Shown piece by piece: positions 10,358 through 20,269 of a DNA stretch of 64,000 nucleotides. The notes under the pieces are model-generated. The model searched no databases and was not told where the DNA came from. It saw nothing but the letters and a program-made list of their open reading frames with translations. Each line of letters opens with the position of its first letter. Within the stretch, counting starts at the first letter, position 1. A program made the position numbers and the translations under genes. Source of the DNA: Candidatus Thorarchaeota archaeon (GTDB lineage: Archaea; Asgardarchaeota; Thorarchaeia; Thorarchaeales; Thorarchaeaceae); assembly GCA_048882045.1 (NCBI GenBank), contig JBHLRZ010000016.1, forward strand, positions 10,738 through 74,737. The letters run 5' to 3'.

Positions 10358-10873
10358 TCACTTGTCAATTATGACCTTTCGAACTCCTTTGATCTCTGAC
10401 AGGGTCTCTATCACTCGACCCGGAAGTGGATCTTGAGTGACTACTTTGAGACATGGTTCTTGGTATATAGCAACATCTTCTGCAAGCACTTGCCGTATAG
10501 CGATACCGTACCCAGCTATCATCGATGTTACTTCAGAGAGAATTCCTGGTGTTTCAGGAGATTCTACGAGGATTGTCACAACACCATATCCCATCACTTT
10601 TCGAACTCGTTCAAGGGACGGACCTGCAGGTCTCAAAAGAGAAAAGAATTCACAGATCTCGGAGTCTTCAGCTTGACAAATGTCCTCCGTTGTAGCTCTG
10701 ACCGTCCTTCGGTCAATCCCCAAAGCATTCCCCAGAGATTTCAACGGAATCCTGATGTCACCACACTTGATCACACCTGGAGCTTCAACATGGAACCCAT
10801 GCCTTACAATCGCCTCGGCTACCTTCAGTCTTTGGGGAGACTCGCTAAAATAGTCAACAATCTTACGCCACAT
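10358..10873 (-). CDS. Archaeal ACT-domain regulator (COG2150-like)
   Basis: HTH-like LGIDRRTV followed by ACT motif PGILSEVTSMIAGYGIAIRQ. Confidence 0.8.
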   Translation of the reverse strand: MWRKIVDYFSESPQRLKVAEAIVRHGFHVEAPGVIKCGDIRIPLKSLGNALGIDRRTVRATTEDICQAEDSEICEFFSLLRPAGPSLERVRKVMGYGVVTILVESPETPGILSEVTSMIAGYGIAIRQVLAEDVAIYQEPCLKVVTQDPLPGRVIETLSEIKGVRKVIIDK

Positions 10874-10889
10874 GGGTTTACACCCACAT

Positions 10890-11426
10890 CTATTCCTCTA
10901 TCAGCTCTTTTTCCATAAGCACTTCGTCTATAAAGCCCTTCGGCATGTTGAAATGAGCCTTTCTGATACCTACTGTAGTGTATCCGAGGGACTTGTAGAG
11001 GTGGATAGCTTTCTCATTGTTGGCAAAGGTGCTCAGAATGATTTTTGTGTACGCTTTCTTCATTGCGATTTCATGACCCGAAAGCATTAGAGCTCTTCCT
11101 ACTCCGATGCCGCGACTCTCCTTTTTGACAATGACTCCGAGTTTTGCTACGTGTTGTGAGGCTTGCCACTCTTCAGGTTGGAGGGATAGATGTCCAGCAT
11201 ATTTGCCATCAATTCTGGCTACAAGGAGGATTTCCCTATTGTGATCTGTTCGTTCAATCCAGTGTGCCCAGTCTGTCACATGAGAATTAGGAGTGAATGT
11301 TGGAAACCACATGTGTTCTTCTACAACGCTCTTAAAACCTTCATGAAAATCGGGGGCATCATCCTTCATCGCCCTTCTTACTTTGATTAGGCGACCATCC
11401 TTTGATTGATACTCCCACACATGCAT
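10890..11426 (-). CDS. GNAT family N-acetyltransferase
   Basis: V..ESRGIGVGRAL acetyl-CoA motif, N..AIHLYKSLGY. Confidence 0.88.
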   Translation of the reverse strand: MHVWEYQSKDGRLIKVRRAMKDDAPDFHEGFKSVVEEHMWFPTFTPNSHVTDWAHWIERTDHNREILLVARIDGKYAGHLSLQPEEWQASQHVAKLGVIVKKESRGIGVGRALMLSGHEIAMKKAYTKIILSTFANNEKAIHLYKSLGYTTVGIRKAHFNMPKGFIDEVLMEKELIEE

Positions 11427-11490
11427 GCTCTACGCCAGTAAAAGGACATTCAGAGGCTAGAAAAAGCATTGCGGTGTGACAAAAAAATAC

Positions 11491-12318
11491 TCATGGGGCC
11501 GGAGTAAGTAGAGGAAGGTCTACCCTCAATCCAGGTCTTGGGAGAGAACAGGTATAGACACGGTCTAGCTCAATGTAGGCAGTCGAATTATTGATTTCTC
11601 TAAAGTGTCCCTTTAGTTGAAAAGCAGCGGGTTCAAGAGTCACTAGTGCAATTGCCACACGCATTCCATCTTTCAGTTCAAATCCGCGACGCTTCTCTTC
11701 ACCACGTTTCAAAACAATTCTGTTAGAAGAAACAGGTATCATTCCAAATTCAGGAAATGCTACAGGGTATCCATCATCTGAAATGTATGCAATGATTTTA
11801 ACTGCCGCCATCTTGGAGAAGCGCTGAAACACATTTAGTGGCATATTGCCTTCCTCTGTTTCTTTGGTAGGTACCTTGCTACCAACAAGCTTAGCTTTTA
11901 GAAATGCTGAGAGGACATTCAATTTTGATATGCCATACTTCTGGCTAGCCCAGATTGCTTCAGCAACCCCCGCACCACGCGCATTTGTATAATTGTTATA
12001 GCGGAAGAGCGGTGTTTGTGCGATGAATTCATAGATTTCATCGTTGCGATGGTATGATTCGAAATCAGCTTTGATCAACCAACTATCAAGATCAGTCGTA
12101 AAGACCAAGATAGCCATCTTAGTATTCCCATCATTGACATTCTTTCGACTCTTGTAGGTCATGAAGTCACCATAGACCATAGTGCTATCTCTATACACTG
12201 TCCATGACAAAACAGGAACAACATTTGGTTCACCCTCAGAATCCTTGGTAACCATGAATTTGGGTGTAAGAAATTCCTTCATTGCTTCAACGAGCTCATC
12301 GCTCAATATATCAACCAC
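11491..12318 (-). CDS. Tandem pyridoxamine 5'-phosphate oxidase-like (flavin-binding split barrel) protein
   Basis: Two repeats: KFMVTKDSEGEPNVVP...KSRKNV and KIIAYISDDGYPVAFP...FQLKG; overlaps the activase stop. Confidence 0.7.
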   Translation of the reverse strand: MVDILSDELVEAMKEFLTPKFMVTKDSEGEPNVVPVLSWTVYRDSTMVYGDFMTYKSRKNVNDGNTKMAILVFTTDLDSWLIKADFESYHRNDEIYEFIAQTPLFRYNNYTNARGAGVAEAIWASQKYGISKLNVLSAFLKAKLVGSKVPTKETEEGNMPLNVFQRFSKMAAVKIIAYISDDGYPVAFPEFGMIPVSSNRIVLKRGEEKRRGFELKDGMRVAIALVTLEPAAFQLKGHFREINNSTAYIELDRVYTCSLPRPGLRVDLPLLTPAP

Positions 12319-13279
12319 AGGTCTTTACCTCCGAGTTCACAACTTCTTTCTTTGAATTCTTGGTCATTCCAGACCAAACAACGTTAGAAAGGCCTTCTTC
12401 GCGAGCCACCTCCGCAAGGTGTTCCATAGTTTCTTCCGTAATTAGGTCATAGTCCCTAAGGGGATATTCTAAATCGAAGAGAGCATACTTGTCAATACAC
12501 ATCCGGTTGAAGGCAAGAAGGTCGAACCGTTCAACTTTGGGCATAGCTTCCATGATGAAACGAGCTATTGCTCTGATGTTCTCTTCGTTATCAGTATGTT
12601 CAGGAATTATTGGTGTCCTTATCCATACTGGCTTCCTACTCTGGCTGACTACCCGAGCATTTTCTAGAACTCTATCAATGGGAACTCCTGTATACAACTT
12701 GTGTTTTTCCGGGTCCATGACTTTCAAGTCATAAAGAACCATATCTACATACGGGAGTAGGTCTCGTAGAACCTTCTCACTGCAGTATCCACATGTATCG
12801 AGGGCAACATGCACACCTTCCTTTTTCAGACCCTTTGCTATTTCAATAACAAATTCAGACTGGAAGGTTGCCTCGCCTCCAGAAAGAGTCACACCACCGT
12901 TCGAGGTTTCGAAGAATACCTTGTCACGAATTAGCTCCCTGACGAGATCATCTGAAGACCATTTCTTGCCCATAATCTTGACAGCACCTGTTGGACATTC
13001 ATCCTCGCAAATTCCGCACACCAAACATTTGTCCCTGTCTATCTTGAGACCATCTGAAGTCATCTCGAGAGCTCCCTCAGGACAAGTACGAACACACGCT
13101 TGATCATCAATGCACTTCACAGAGTACCAAACAACAATTGATTCAGGATCAATTGTTTCAATATTATGACACCACGTACATGACATTGGGCAGCCCTTAA
13201 GGAATACAGTTGTCCGTATGCCTGGACCATCCTCAGTAGAACACCTTTGGATATTGGTGATAATTCCAGATGTGGCCAT
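12311..13279 (-). CDS. Glycyl-radical enzyme activating enzyme (radical SAM, ferredoxin insert)
   Basis: DGPGIRTTVFLKGCPMSCTWCHN, inserted CxxDxxCxxxCP and CxxCxxCxxxCP, GGVTLSGGE. Confidence 0.95.
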   Translation of the reverse strand: MATSGIITNIQRCSTEDGPGIRTTVFLKGCPMSCTWCHNIETIDPESIVVWYSVKCIDDQACVRTCPEGALEMTSDGLKIDRDKCLVCGICEDECPTGAVKIMGKKWSSDDLVRELIRDKVFFETSNGGVTLSGGEATFQSEFVIEIAKGLKKEGVHVALDTCGYCSEKVLRDLLPYVDMVLYDLKVMDPEKHKLYTGVPIDRVLENARVVSQSRKPVWIRTPIIPEHTDNEENIRAIARFIMEAMPKVERFDLLAFNRMCIDKYALFDLEYPLRDYDLITEETMEHLAEVAREEGLSNVVWSGMTKNSKKEVVNSEVKTCG

Positions 13280-15678
13280 CAGATTGAGTGCTCCGTTCTA
13301 GTGATTATCTCTTCTTGTAATTCTCTGCCGACTTGCGTAAAGAATGCATTGTATCCGGTCACTCGCACCATAAGATTGGAATAGGCATCAGGGTTCTTCT
13401 GTGCTTCACGGAGAGTTTCTGAATTAATCACATTGATCTGCAACGCAGTTCCTCCGACCTCGTTGCATGCTCTAAGCAATGCAGCAAGTTTCTCAATATG
13501 CTCCGGAGTCTTTAACATCGAGGGACTGAGTGTTATGGTTTGCGAGGCTCCATTTGGTACAGTTTTAAGATTCAGTTTTCCAACAGAACGGATAGAAGCT
13601 GTTGGTCCAGAAGAATCCATACCTTGTACTGCACCTACACCCCCGGAGAGGAATTCACCACGACGTCGCCCATCAGGTGTTGCCGCAGTCAGAGGGCCTA
13701 GTGGAATAAAATAGTTCCAAGATAGATAACCAGCTCGATATTTCCGTCCTGTGTATGGATTTTCATGCTTAATAGCTTCCTCCGCCCAGTAGACAGATAG
13801 TTCTCGTGCGATATCATCAACATAATCATCATCATTTCCGAACTTAGGAGCCTTAGATCTTAGCAATTGACGAATCTCCTCAAAGCCCTCAAAGTTGGAG
13901 TCTAAGGCTTCAAGTAAGACCTTCATTTCGATCCTTTTTTCCTCAAAGACTAGCTTCTTCACAGCAGCTACCGAATCTGCAAGAGTTGCGATACCCATTC
14001 CTTCAATTGTGTTGAAATTCCAGGTTGTTCCACCCTCATTAACATCCTTTCCGTTCTGCGCGCAATCATCCATTAGTGAACTGAGGTATGGAACCGGTTG
14101 ATACTTCGCACGAAGTGTGTCAACCATATTTCCAACATCAATATGTAGCTTGATGAGTGCCTTGAGCTGTGTTTTGACTGCATCCATGAATAAGTCAAAT
14201 GAAGAGAAATTCAAAGGAGCACCGGTTTTTGGACCAAATTGCTCCCCTGAAGCCGCATCCCGCCCGTCGTGCAGTGCTAATTCTACTGCCTTAGCCAGAT
14301 TGATGTTCACGTCAACTGTGTCGGAACGGTCATTTCCCTGCAGGGTATTCTCCAAACATCCAACGATACCATAGTTCCATGCCTCGTCTCGAGGGATACC
14401 CTGCCAGACCAGTCCCTCAATACTATGTTCATCAAAGTTCAGTAGGAAAGGAGATCCTTGAGATCTTGAAACCATCTCAGAAACTCGAATCATGAGGTCC
14501 TGAGGTGTATTCTTGTGTATGCGAATGTTTGGTTTTGGTTCAAAGAGGTTCATCTCCTCAATTACCTCAAGTGCTAGCCAAGTAAGATCATTCGTTAGAT
14601 CTTCTCCATTAGGACCACAGCCACTAAGAGTGATGAGTTGTCCAAAACTCGAATTGATTCCCTGATTGATGCCCAAGCGTCCTTGGTAGTCATAGACATA
14701 GTTGTGTTTGATCCAGTAACACTGTAGAAGTTCTTTTGCTTCGTTTCGTGTCAGGATTCCTTCATCAAGGTCTTTTTTGTAAAATGGATACATATACTGG
14801 TCCCAACGACCGTGAGATAGTCCAGCTCCAGGATAGGACTCAGCAGCCATAACAAGCATATGAACAATCCAGAGTGATTGCAAGGCTTCCCAGAAGGTTG
14901 TGGGTGGTTCCCAAGGGACTCTTTTGCATATCGCCGCAATATTCTGAAGCTCCTTTTTCCGAGTAGTATCCTGCTCGATGTCAGCAATCTCTTGTGCTTT
15001 CTTAGAATAACGCAGTCCAACTTCTTTTGCTGTTTCACAACCGAGAATCAGTGCCTCAATGAACTCTCGATGTTCTAGGGTGATATCGCCTTTGAGCAAC
15101 TCATGATATTCTTCAGCTAAACCTCTCATGCCAATTTTCATCACTTTTGCATAATTAGGAATAAGATGACCAGGAATACTGGACGCGGTTCCAATTCCAT
15201 GATCGTTCATTCTGGAAACTTCATCGAACCACTTTTTCATTCCCTTATTCCGTGCAGCTGTTTCTTTCTTGCTGAGTGTCCGAGATAGGGCTGTGTTGAA
15301 GTTGAATCCAACAATCAGCTCTCCATCTAAGATGATTATTGGCATATATTTGGTCATTACTTCATTGAAGAAAACTGCACGTCTCATAACGAGTCCATGA
15401 TTCCAGAAGTTCTCTGGCAGTTCGACCTTAATAGCCATCGCTTTCAGGGTCTGATCGACAGAATTCAAGAATGGGTAGAGGGCTGGTTCATTCGTCCAAT
15501 CATGGACAGAATAGACTTCGTCCCACTCAGTACCTGTTGTGAATGAGTACGGTTCATTCGTATCTTCTCGGTCATGAAATGAATAGAAGTGGTCTCTCAG
15601 TTTCTTGACACGAGGAGAGAGGTTCTCAGAGGGCGACCAGATTTTTACAGGAGATGCTTTCTTTTGATCAACAGTCAA
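13279..15678 (-). CDS. Glycyl-radical enzyme, PFL2/eliminase-like, substrate unknown
   Basis: Cys loop GCLE, Gly loop MVRVTGY, GRWDQY, KFGNDD, ATPDGRRRG. Confidence 0.93.
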   Translation of the reverse strand: MTVDQKKASPVKIWSPSENLSPRVKKLRDHFYSFHDREDTNEPYSFTTGTEWDEVYSVHDWTNEPALYPFLNSVDQTLKAMAIKVELPENFWNHGLVMRRAVFFNEVMTKYMPIIILDGELIVGFNFNTALSRTLSKKETAARNKGMKKWFDEVSRMNDHGIGTASSIPGHLIPNYAKVMKIGMRGLAEEYHELLKGDITLEHREFIEALILGCETAKEVGLRYSKKAQEIADIEQDTTRKKELQNIAAICKRVPWEPPTTFWEALQSLWIVHMLVMAAESYPGAGLSHGRWDQYMYPFYKKDLDEGILTRNEAKELLQCYWIKHNYVYDYQGRLGINQGINSSFGQLITLSGCGPNGEDLTNDLTWLALEVIEEMNLFEPKPNIRIHKNTPQDLMIRVSEMVSRSQGSPFLLNFDEHSIEGLVWQGIPRDEAWNYGIVGCLENTLQGNDRSDTVDVNINLAKAVELALHDGRDAASGEQFGPKTGAPLNFSSFDLFMDAVKTQLKALIKLHIDVGNMVDTLRAKYQPVPYLSSLMDDCAQNGKDVNEGGTTWNFNTIEGMGIATLADSVAAVKKLVFEEKRIEMKVLLEALDSNFEGFEEIRQLLRSKAPKFGNDDDYVDDIARELSVYWAEEAIKHENPYTGRKYRAGYLSWNYFIPLGPLTAATPDGRRRGEFLSGGVGAVQGMDSSGPTASIRSVGKLNLKTVPNGASQTITLSPSMLKTPEHIEKLAALLRACNEVGGTALQINVINSETLREAQKNPDAYSNLMVRVTGYNAFFTQVGRELQEEIITRTEHSI

Positions 15679-15811
15679 AGGTTACACCGCATTTCAAAGG
15701 CTTAGTGTCCAATGGAAATGCGTCTTAAAAGATTACATATTCTGATAGAATGTGACCAAATTGAGAAGTTCTTTTAAGAAATTATGGAGAGATAGGAGCG
15801 AGGAGTTTCGA

Positions 15812-16066
15812 TTGACGGGTGAAGGTTCCGCGATATCTGGATCTGAAAACGAAGGACCATTAATGGTTGGTGCTGGTTTCTTCTTACTCATGATATCCTT
15901 GGCATGCTCAATAGGAATAGGGACTAGTGCACTGATTACATCACCATATGTAAGCGCCTCACTTGTCAGCGCTAGCTACTTCTTGGGTCTCTTGTTTTCC
16001 GCACCTCTAGGAGGGTATCTCTTTGGTAAAGGATTCCTTCTCATTCTGAGAAAATCAAGAAGCTGA
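15812..16066 (+). CDS. Small hypothetical membrane protein (2 TM)
   Basis: Two hydrophobic segments; GAGGAG SD upstream of in-frame TTG at 15812 (ORF track starts 15752). Confidence 0.55.
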   Translation: MTGEGSAISGSENEGPLMVGAGFFLLMISLACSIGIGTSALITSPYVSASLVSASYFLGLLFSAPLGGYLFGKGFLLILRKSRS

Positions 16067-16166
16067 AACGTACGACCGTGCAACTGGCGCTAGCCTTAAA
16101 AGCAGTCCCAGTCCTCTGGCCCCATCCGCCCGAATAGAGATTACTGGGTATCAGGAAGGCTCGAGA

Positions 16167-18323
16167 ATGAATAGAACGAGTAAATTGTTTGCGCTCCTAG
16201 TTGTTACAATGATGTTTGTGGGAGTTGCACAGACTCATATGCAAGCATCAATTGCCAGTCATGAAGCCCTGATTACACCAACTGAGAGTTTTTCATTTTC
16301 AGGATATGATTCCACCCACATCACAGTAGTTCACAACAGTCCCGTGAATGGGAGCACTCAGTACGGTACATTCAATATCAACGTAGACACAACATCAGAT
16401 TACGGGTCCCTGAACCTCACACTCTATGTAGAAGGCATAATATATAGTGGCCACGATCATGAAAACTTGACAGATGGAAATCACGACATCTCAGTTGATT
16501 CAACACTTCTTGCAGAGGGAATGCTAAACTTCACACTATTGTTTGAATACATGGTAGAGAAAGAGTCCGTATATCTGCTGTACTTCATAGACAACGATGG
16601 TGTGAACCTCGAGTTTGACCTATATTCTCCTGTGAACGGATCAACAATCAGTGGCGTGGTCAGCATTAATATCAATGCAACTCATGACTTTGGAAATCTC
16701 AACATGACAGTCCTGGTTGACGGTTTTGCTCAGTCCCCCTATGATCCATCTCTCATCCCTTCAGGTGATACGAGCATCATCATCGATACTAGCTCCCTAT
16801 GGGAAGGTTATAACAACTTCACCTTGCTCTTCGAGTACGATTTCCTTGCAACGACATTTCAGGATGTCGTATATCTCGAGTATCTGGTTGATAACGATGG
16901 TGAACCAATAACCATTGACCATCAGTCGCCCGCTTATGGAGCAGAGGTTTCTGGAATCTTTGATCTTGTCCTCCTGATTGGTTCTGAATATGATCCGCTT
17001 AACCTCACACTCTATGTCGAAGGTGTAGTTCAATCAGATTACAATGACACGATAATCGGAATACGAGAACAGACCATCGCCATAAACACAACTGGTCTCG
17101 ATGAAGGACTGTTGAACTTCACACTTGTCTTCGAATACAATGTGACAGGCGAGAATGCGAGAGCAGAATACTTTGTTGAATTCGTAGTAAACAATCACGG
17201 TGCTCCAGGATTGGTCATTCTAGGACCTGCAGAATCTGAAACCGTGACTGGCTTGACAGATTTATGGTTGAATATCACTTCGACCCTTGATGAGGTCTAT
17301 CTGAACGTAACAGTCGATGGCGTGATAGCACCAGAGTTCAATGGGACACTGGTCTATGTGGGAGCAAATAACTACACATTGAACACCAGTCGATATGAGA
17401 ATGGAGACCACTTAATCGCAGTCACAGTTTATACCGCTGAAGGTGAGAATGTAACAATCGAGCGAGAGTTAAGCTTCTTGGATTATGTGCGAGTCTATGT
17501 ATCAGAGCTTTCATCATTCAACGAAGTTTCCGGCAACCAAGAAATCAAGCTGAGACTAGCAACACCTTATGACAATGCTACTCTATCACTTTATATCAAT
17601 GGGATTTTGACTGAGGTTGAAAATACGACACTTTATCCGGGATTGAACTCAATTTTCGTGAATACAACAGTATTTGATGAAGGGGAAGCGATTTTCAAAT
17701 TTATCGTGTATGATGCGTTTGGACACTCCTGGACATACCAAATGACACTAATCATTGATAACCACGGACCAGTAATACTCAGATTTGGAACCCGAGATGC
17801 TGTCGTTATCGGAGTTGCTCTGTTCGAAATCGAAGTAGATACAGAATTGAGTGCAGCGTATTTCTCTGTATACGTTGACGACGTACTGATGAGCCGGTAT
17901 GTAAACCAATCAGTGGTTTTTTCCGGAGATTCATTTACCTTCACAATAGACGTTGGCAACTTCACCAAGGATCAACATGTTGTCAAGATTGTTATGTATA
18001 CAGAAGAGGGTGAAAGATCAGAGGTGGAAAGAACATTCGGATTTGCTACTCTCAGGATTGAAGAGATGGTGAGTGGACTCATTCTACTGGGAGTTGCTTT
18101 TCTGATTCCACTCTATAGATGGAGAAAAGGACAGCCACTTCGTCCGGTCATCATTGTAGACATCATCTTCTTCTTGGTAGTTGCCCTTGCCTTCGTTTTC
18201 CTAGGTATTACGACGGTACCATTCCTGATATGGCATGTCAACCTCCCAAGTATTTGGGCTATAGGGGGAACCCTAGTGTTTACAAACTGGGTCTTACCCA
18301 TCATAACGACGGAAGAAGAGTAG
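16167..18323 (+). CDS. Cell-surface glycoprotein with ~6 Ig-like repeats and 3 C-terminal TM helices
   Basis: Signal peptide; ~95-100 aa repeats (SP.NG....G...I......LNLTLYV.G...D/NTS.L.EG..NFTL.FEY...DN.G); many N-x-S/T sequons. Confidence 0.8.
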   Translation: MNRTSKLFALLVVTMMFVGVAQTHMQASIASHEALITPTESFSFSGYDSTHITVVHNSPVNGSTQYGTFNINVDTTSDYGSLNLTLYVEGIIYSGHDHENLTDGNHDISVDSTLLAEGMLNFTLLFEYMVEKESVYLLYFIDNDGVNLEFDLYSPVNGSTISGVVSININATHDFGNLNMTVLVDGFAQSPYDPSLIPSGDTSIIIDTSSLWEGYNNFTLLFEYDFLATTFQDVVYLEYLVDNDGEPITIDHQSPAYGAEVSGIFDLVLLIGSEYDPLNLTLYVEGVVQSDYNDTIIGIREQTIAINTTGLDEGLLNFTLVFEYNVTGENARAEYFVEFVVNNHGAPGLVILGPAESETVTGLTDLWLNITSTLDEVYLNVTVDGVIAPEFNGTLVYVGANNYTLNTSRYENGDHLIAVTVYTAEGENVTIERELSFLDYVRVYVSELSSFNEVSGNQEIKLRLATPYDNATLSLYINGILTEVENTTLYPGLNSIFVNTTVFDEGEAIFKFIVYDAFGHSWTYQMTLIIDNHGPVILRFGTRDAVVIGVALFEIEVDTELSAAYFSVYVDDVLMSRYVNQSVVFSGDSFTFTIDVGNFTKDQHVVKIVMYTEEGERSEVERTFGFATLRIEEMVSGLILLGVAFLIPLYRWRKGQPLRPVIIVDIIFFLVVALAFVFLGITTVPFLIWHVNLPSIWAIGGTLVFTNWVLPIITTEEE

Positions 18324-18326
18324 CCT

Positions 18327-19190
18327 TCAGAGCAGTCGTGTGACTGGAATATCTGTAGATGTTTCGGACTTCCACTTGACAAGTGAATTAAAGACGATAA
18401 GTTGATCCTTCGGAATTATGGATCTAACAGTCTTTGGCGACCAAGTGGAGGAGGCATTTACAGTCCGTGAAACGATAACATCAGCATACTCTAATCCTTT
18501 CTTCGTGACATCGGCCGCAAACAAGGCCATCTTGGAGTTCTCATTTGTAATGACTCCTACACCAATCAGTCGATCTTCTGATGTGAACTCCATTAGCTTT
18601 CCGGGAAGCTCACCTGAAATTACTCTCGATGCCAATTCAGCGAGTGATCCAGGGTATGCGATATGTGAGAACCGCATTGATTTGGGTAGCTTAGTCACAC
18701 CTTTTAGAGTGACAGTTTTGACTTTTGTTGTCTTCTTTGCAGGAATTCTTGCAAGAGGTAATTGGATGTTCAGAATAGAACCTCGCGCAAAGTATTGCAC
18801 CTTCATCCAGTAGTTATAAGCTGCAGGTGGGGTTGTTGCTACCACGCGAACCACACGTTTCTTCCGAAGCACAGCTTCAGCCGCTCGGGTCAGCTTTGTC
18901 CCTATTGTAGTTTTCTGGTTTCGCACATCGATGTCTAGATTCCTGATTATTCCGACTCTTCCAGAGATTGGATTCCTTTCATATCTGAAGACAATCTCAC
19001 CAACGACCCTACCTCGTTCCTCAGCAACAAGCCATCCCCACCTCTCAAAGGCTGCACCTCGATGCTCATCTTTTACTTGCTCTAGAGTTTTATACCCTCC
19101 ATCTCGGACTCGGTGAAACCATCGCGTGCCCTGATATACTTCAAGCAAATCCTTGCAGTCTTTCATGGCACCCTGTCGAATAGTAACCAT
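18327..19190 (-). CDS. GNAT-fold protein with C-terminal extension
   Basis: WLVAEERGRVVG, IRNLDIDVRNQKTTIGTKL; start taken at MVTIRQ (ORF track extends to 19250). Confidence 0.7.
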   Translation of the reverse strand: MVTIRQGAMKDCKDLLEVYQGTRWFHRVRDGGYKTLEQVKDEHRGAAFERWGWLVAEERGRVVGEIVFRYERNPISGRVGIIRNLDIDVRNQKTTIGTKLTRAAEAVLRKKRVVRVVATTPPAAYNYWMKVQYFARGSILNIQLPLARIPAKKTTKVKTVTLKGVTKLPKSMRFSHIAYPGSLAELASRVISGELPGKLMEFTSEDRLIGVGVITNENSKMALFAADVTKKGLEYADVIVSRTVNASSTWSPKTVRSIIPKDQLIVFNSLVKWKSETSTDIPVTRLL

Positions 19191-19262
19191 TCCTAGAAAC
19201 CTCTGACAAGAGTCAAATGCATGTGAGCAAGATAAAATGCTGTATGACAAGATATTGTGTTT

Positions 19263-20189
19263 CTAGAGAGTATCACTCAGTTTCAGAGTTCGTTCACTGA
19301 CCTCTTTCGCACTAGGTCCAAACAGATAGAGGATGGGTTCTACACTGTATCCACCTGGAACATGTATTGCAGGATAGGCAGTCCTCTTTCCTGGCAGTTG
19401 CTTCACACTCATGAGCGACCTTGTAATCCTACTCGAAGAAGTTTCAGACTCCGCGATAGGAACAACATTAAATCCGACCTTGCGAGCATTCTGGACCACA
19501 TCTTCTCTTCCACTAACACAAAGACAGGATCGAACACGTGTCCATGTTTGCTTGGCATACAACAAAATTTCAGCAGTATGACTTGAAGCTCCAAACTGTG
19601 GACTGATTAGGGCCCTTGCATATCCATCTATGACAGTGATTCGTCCAGGTACACCGGCAACATCTTCGACTGTTTCAGCCTGCTTGTCGCATACGACAAA
19701 ATTGGCCCGCACTTGAGGAACTATCTTTTCAAAGGTGGCAGAGAGCTCAATTATCCCTAGAGCATCGAGCATATCACTGATAACCGTCGCGCGGCCAGCT
19801 AGATGGTCATCCTTTCCTCCTAGCAATGACGAACATATCTGGCAATTCACAGCCTTGAGAGATGGAACCTGCTTCTGATGCATCTCACATAAAACAGACC
19901 CGATTCGCGAACGCATACAGGATGAACATATCTCTCGAACGACTTGGTCTTGAGATGACTCGCCAGATTTGAGCATCTCTGTGAGTCTTTCTGAGAGGTG
20001 AGATATCTCGTCTGCGAGTTTCGTCTTTGTTACTGGTTGATTGAGGTATTTGCTGACCGCAGCCTGTGTCAAATCCATCTTCGAAGCGATTTCGGTCTGT
20101 GAGAATCCTTCCTTTCGGAGAGACCTAGCAACGAATACTCTCACGGTTCTGAGGAAATCTCTCTGGACAGTTTCACACGGTGGCCTCAT
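19263..20189 (-). CDS. thiR: Thiamine regulator ThiR (HTH + ThiN-like domain)
   Basis: MRPPCE...SQTEIA..M.LTQAAVSKYL HTH; ThiN-like PQVRANF, DVAGVPGRIT, FGASSH, GGYSVEP; divergent from the thiamine ABC genes. Confidence 0.85.
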   Translation of the reverse strand: MRPPCETVQRDFLRTVRVFVARSLRKEGFSQTEIASKMDLTQAAVSKYLNQPVTKTKLADEISHLSERLTEMLKSGESSQDQVVREICSSCMRSRIGSVLCEMHQKQVPSLKAVNCQICSSLLGGKDDHLAGRATVISDMLDALGIIELSATFEKIVPQVRANFVVCDKQAETVEDVAGVPGRITVIDGYARALISPQFGASSHTAEILLYAKQTWTRVRSCLCVSGREDVVQNARKVGFNVVPIAESETSSSRITRSLMSVKQLPGKRTAYPAIHVPGGYSVEPILYLFGPSAKEVSERTLKLSDTL

Positions 20190-20202
20190 ACTAAATCACC
20201 AT

Positions 20203-20237
20203 TTCTTATAACACAGTTATAATAACCGTTATAAGAA
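20203..20237. promoter_or_regulatory. Palindromic operator, probable ThiR site
   Basis: TTATAAC-ACA-GTTATAA (20206-20222) with outer inverted repeat TTCTTATAAC...GTTATAAGAA, between divergent thiR and thiB. Confidence 0.7.
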
Positions 20238-20269
20238 TGCTTGCATGGCTTCCTATTAGTGAAGGAATA

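Noticed and set aside
13279-15678. Pyruvate formate-lyase (pflB)
   Set aside because: Lacks the adjacent Cys-Cys active-site pair; has single-Cys GCLE
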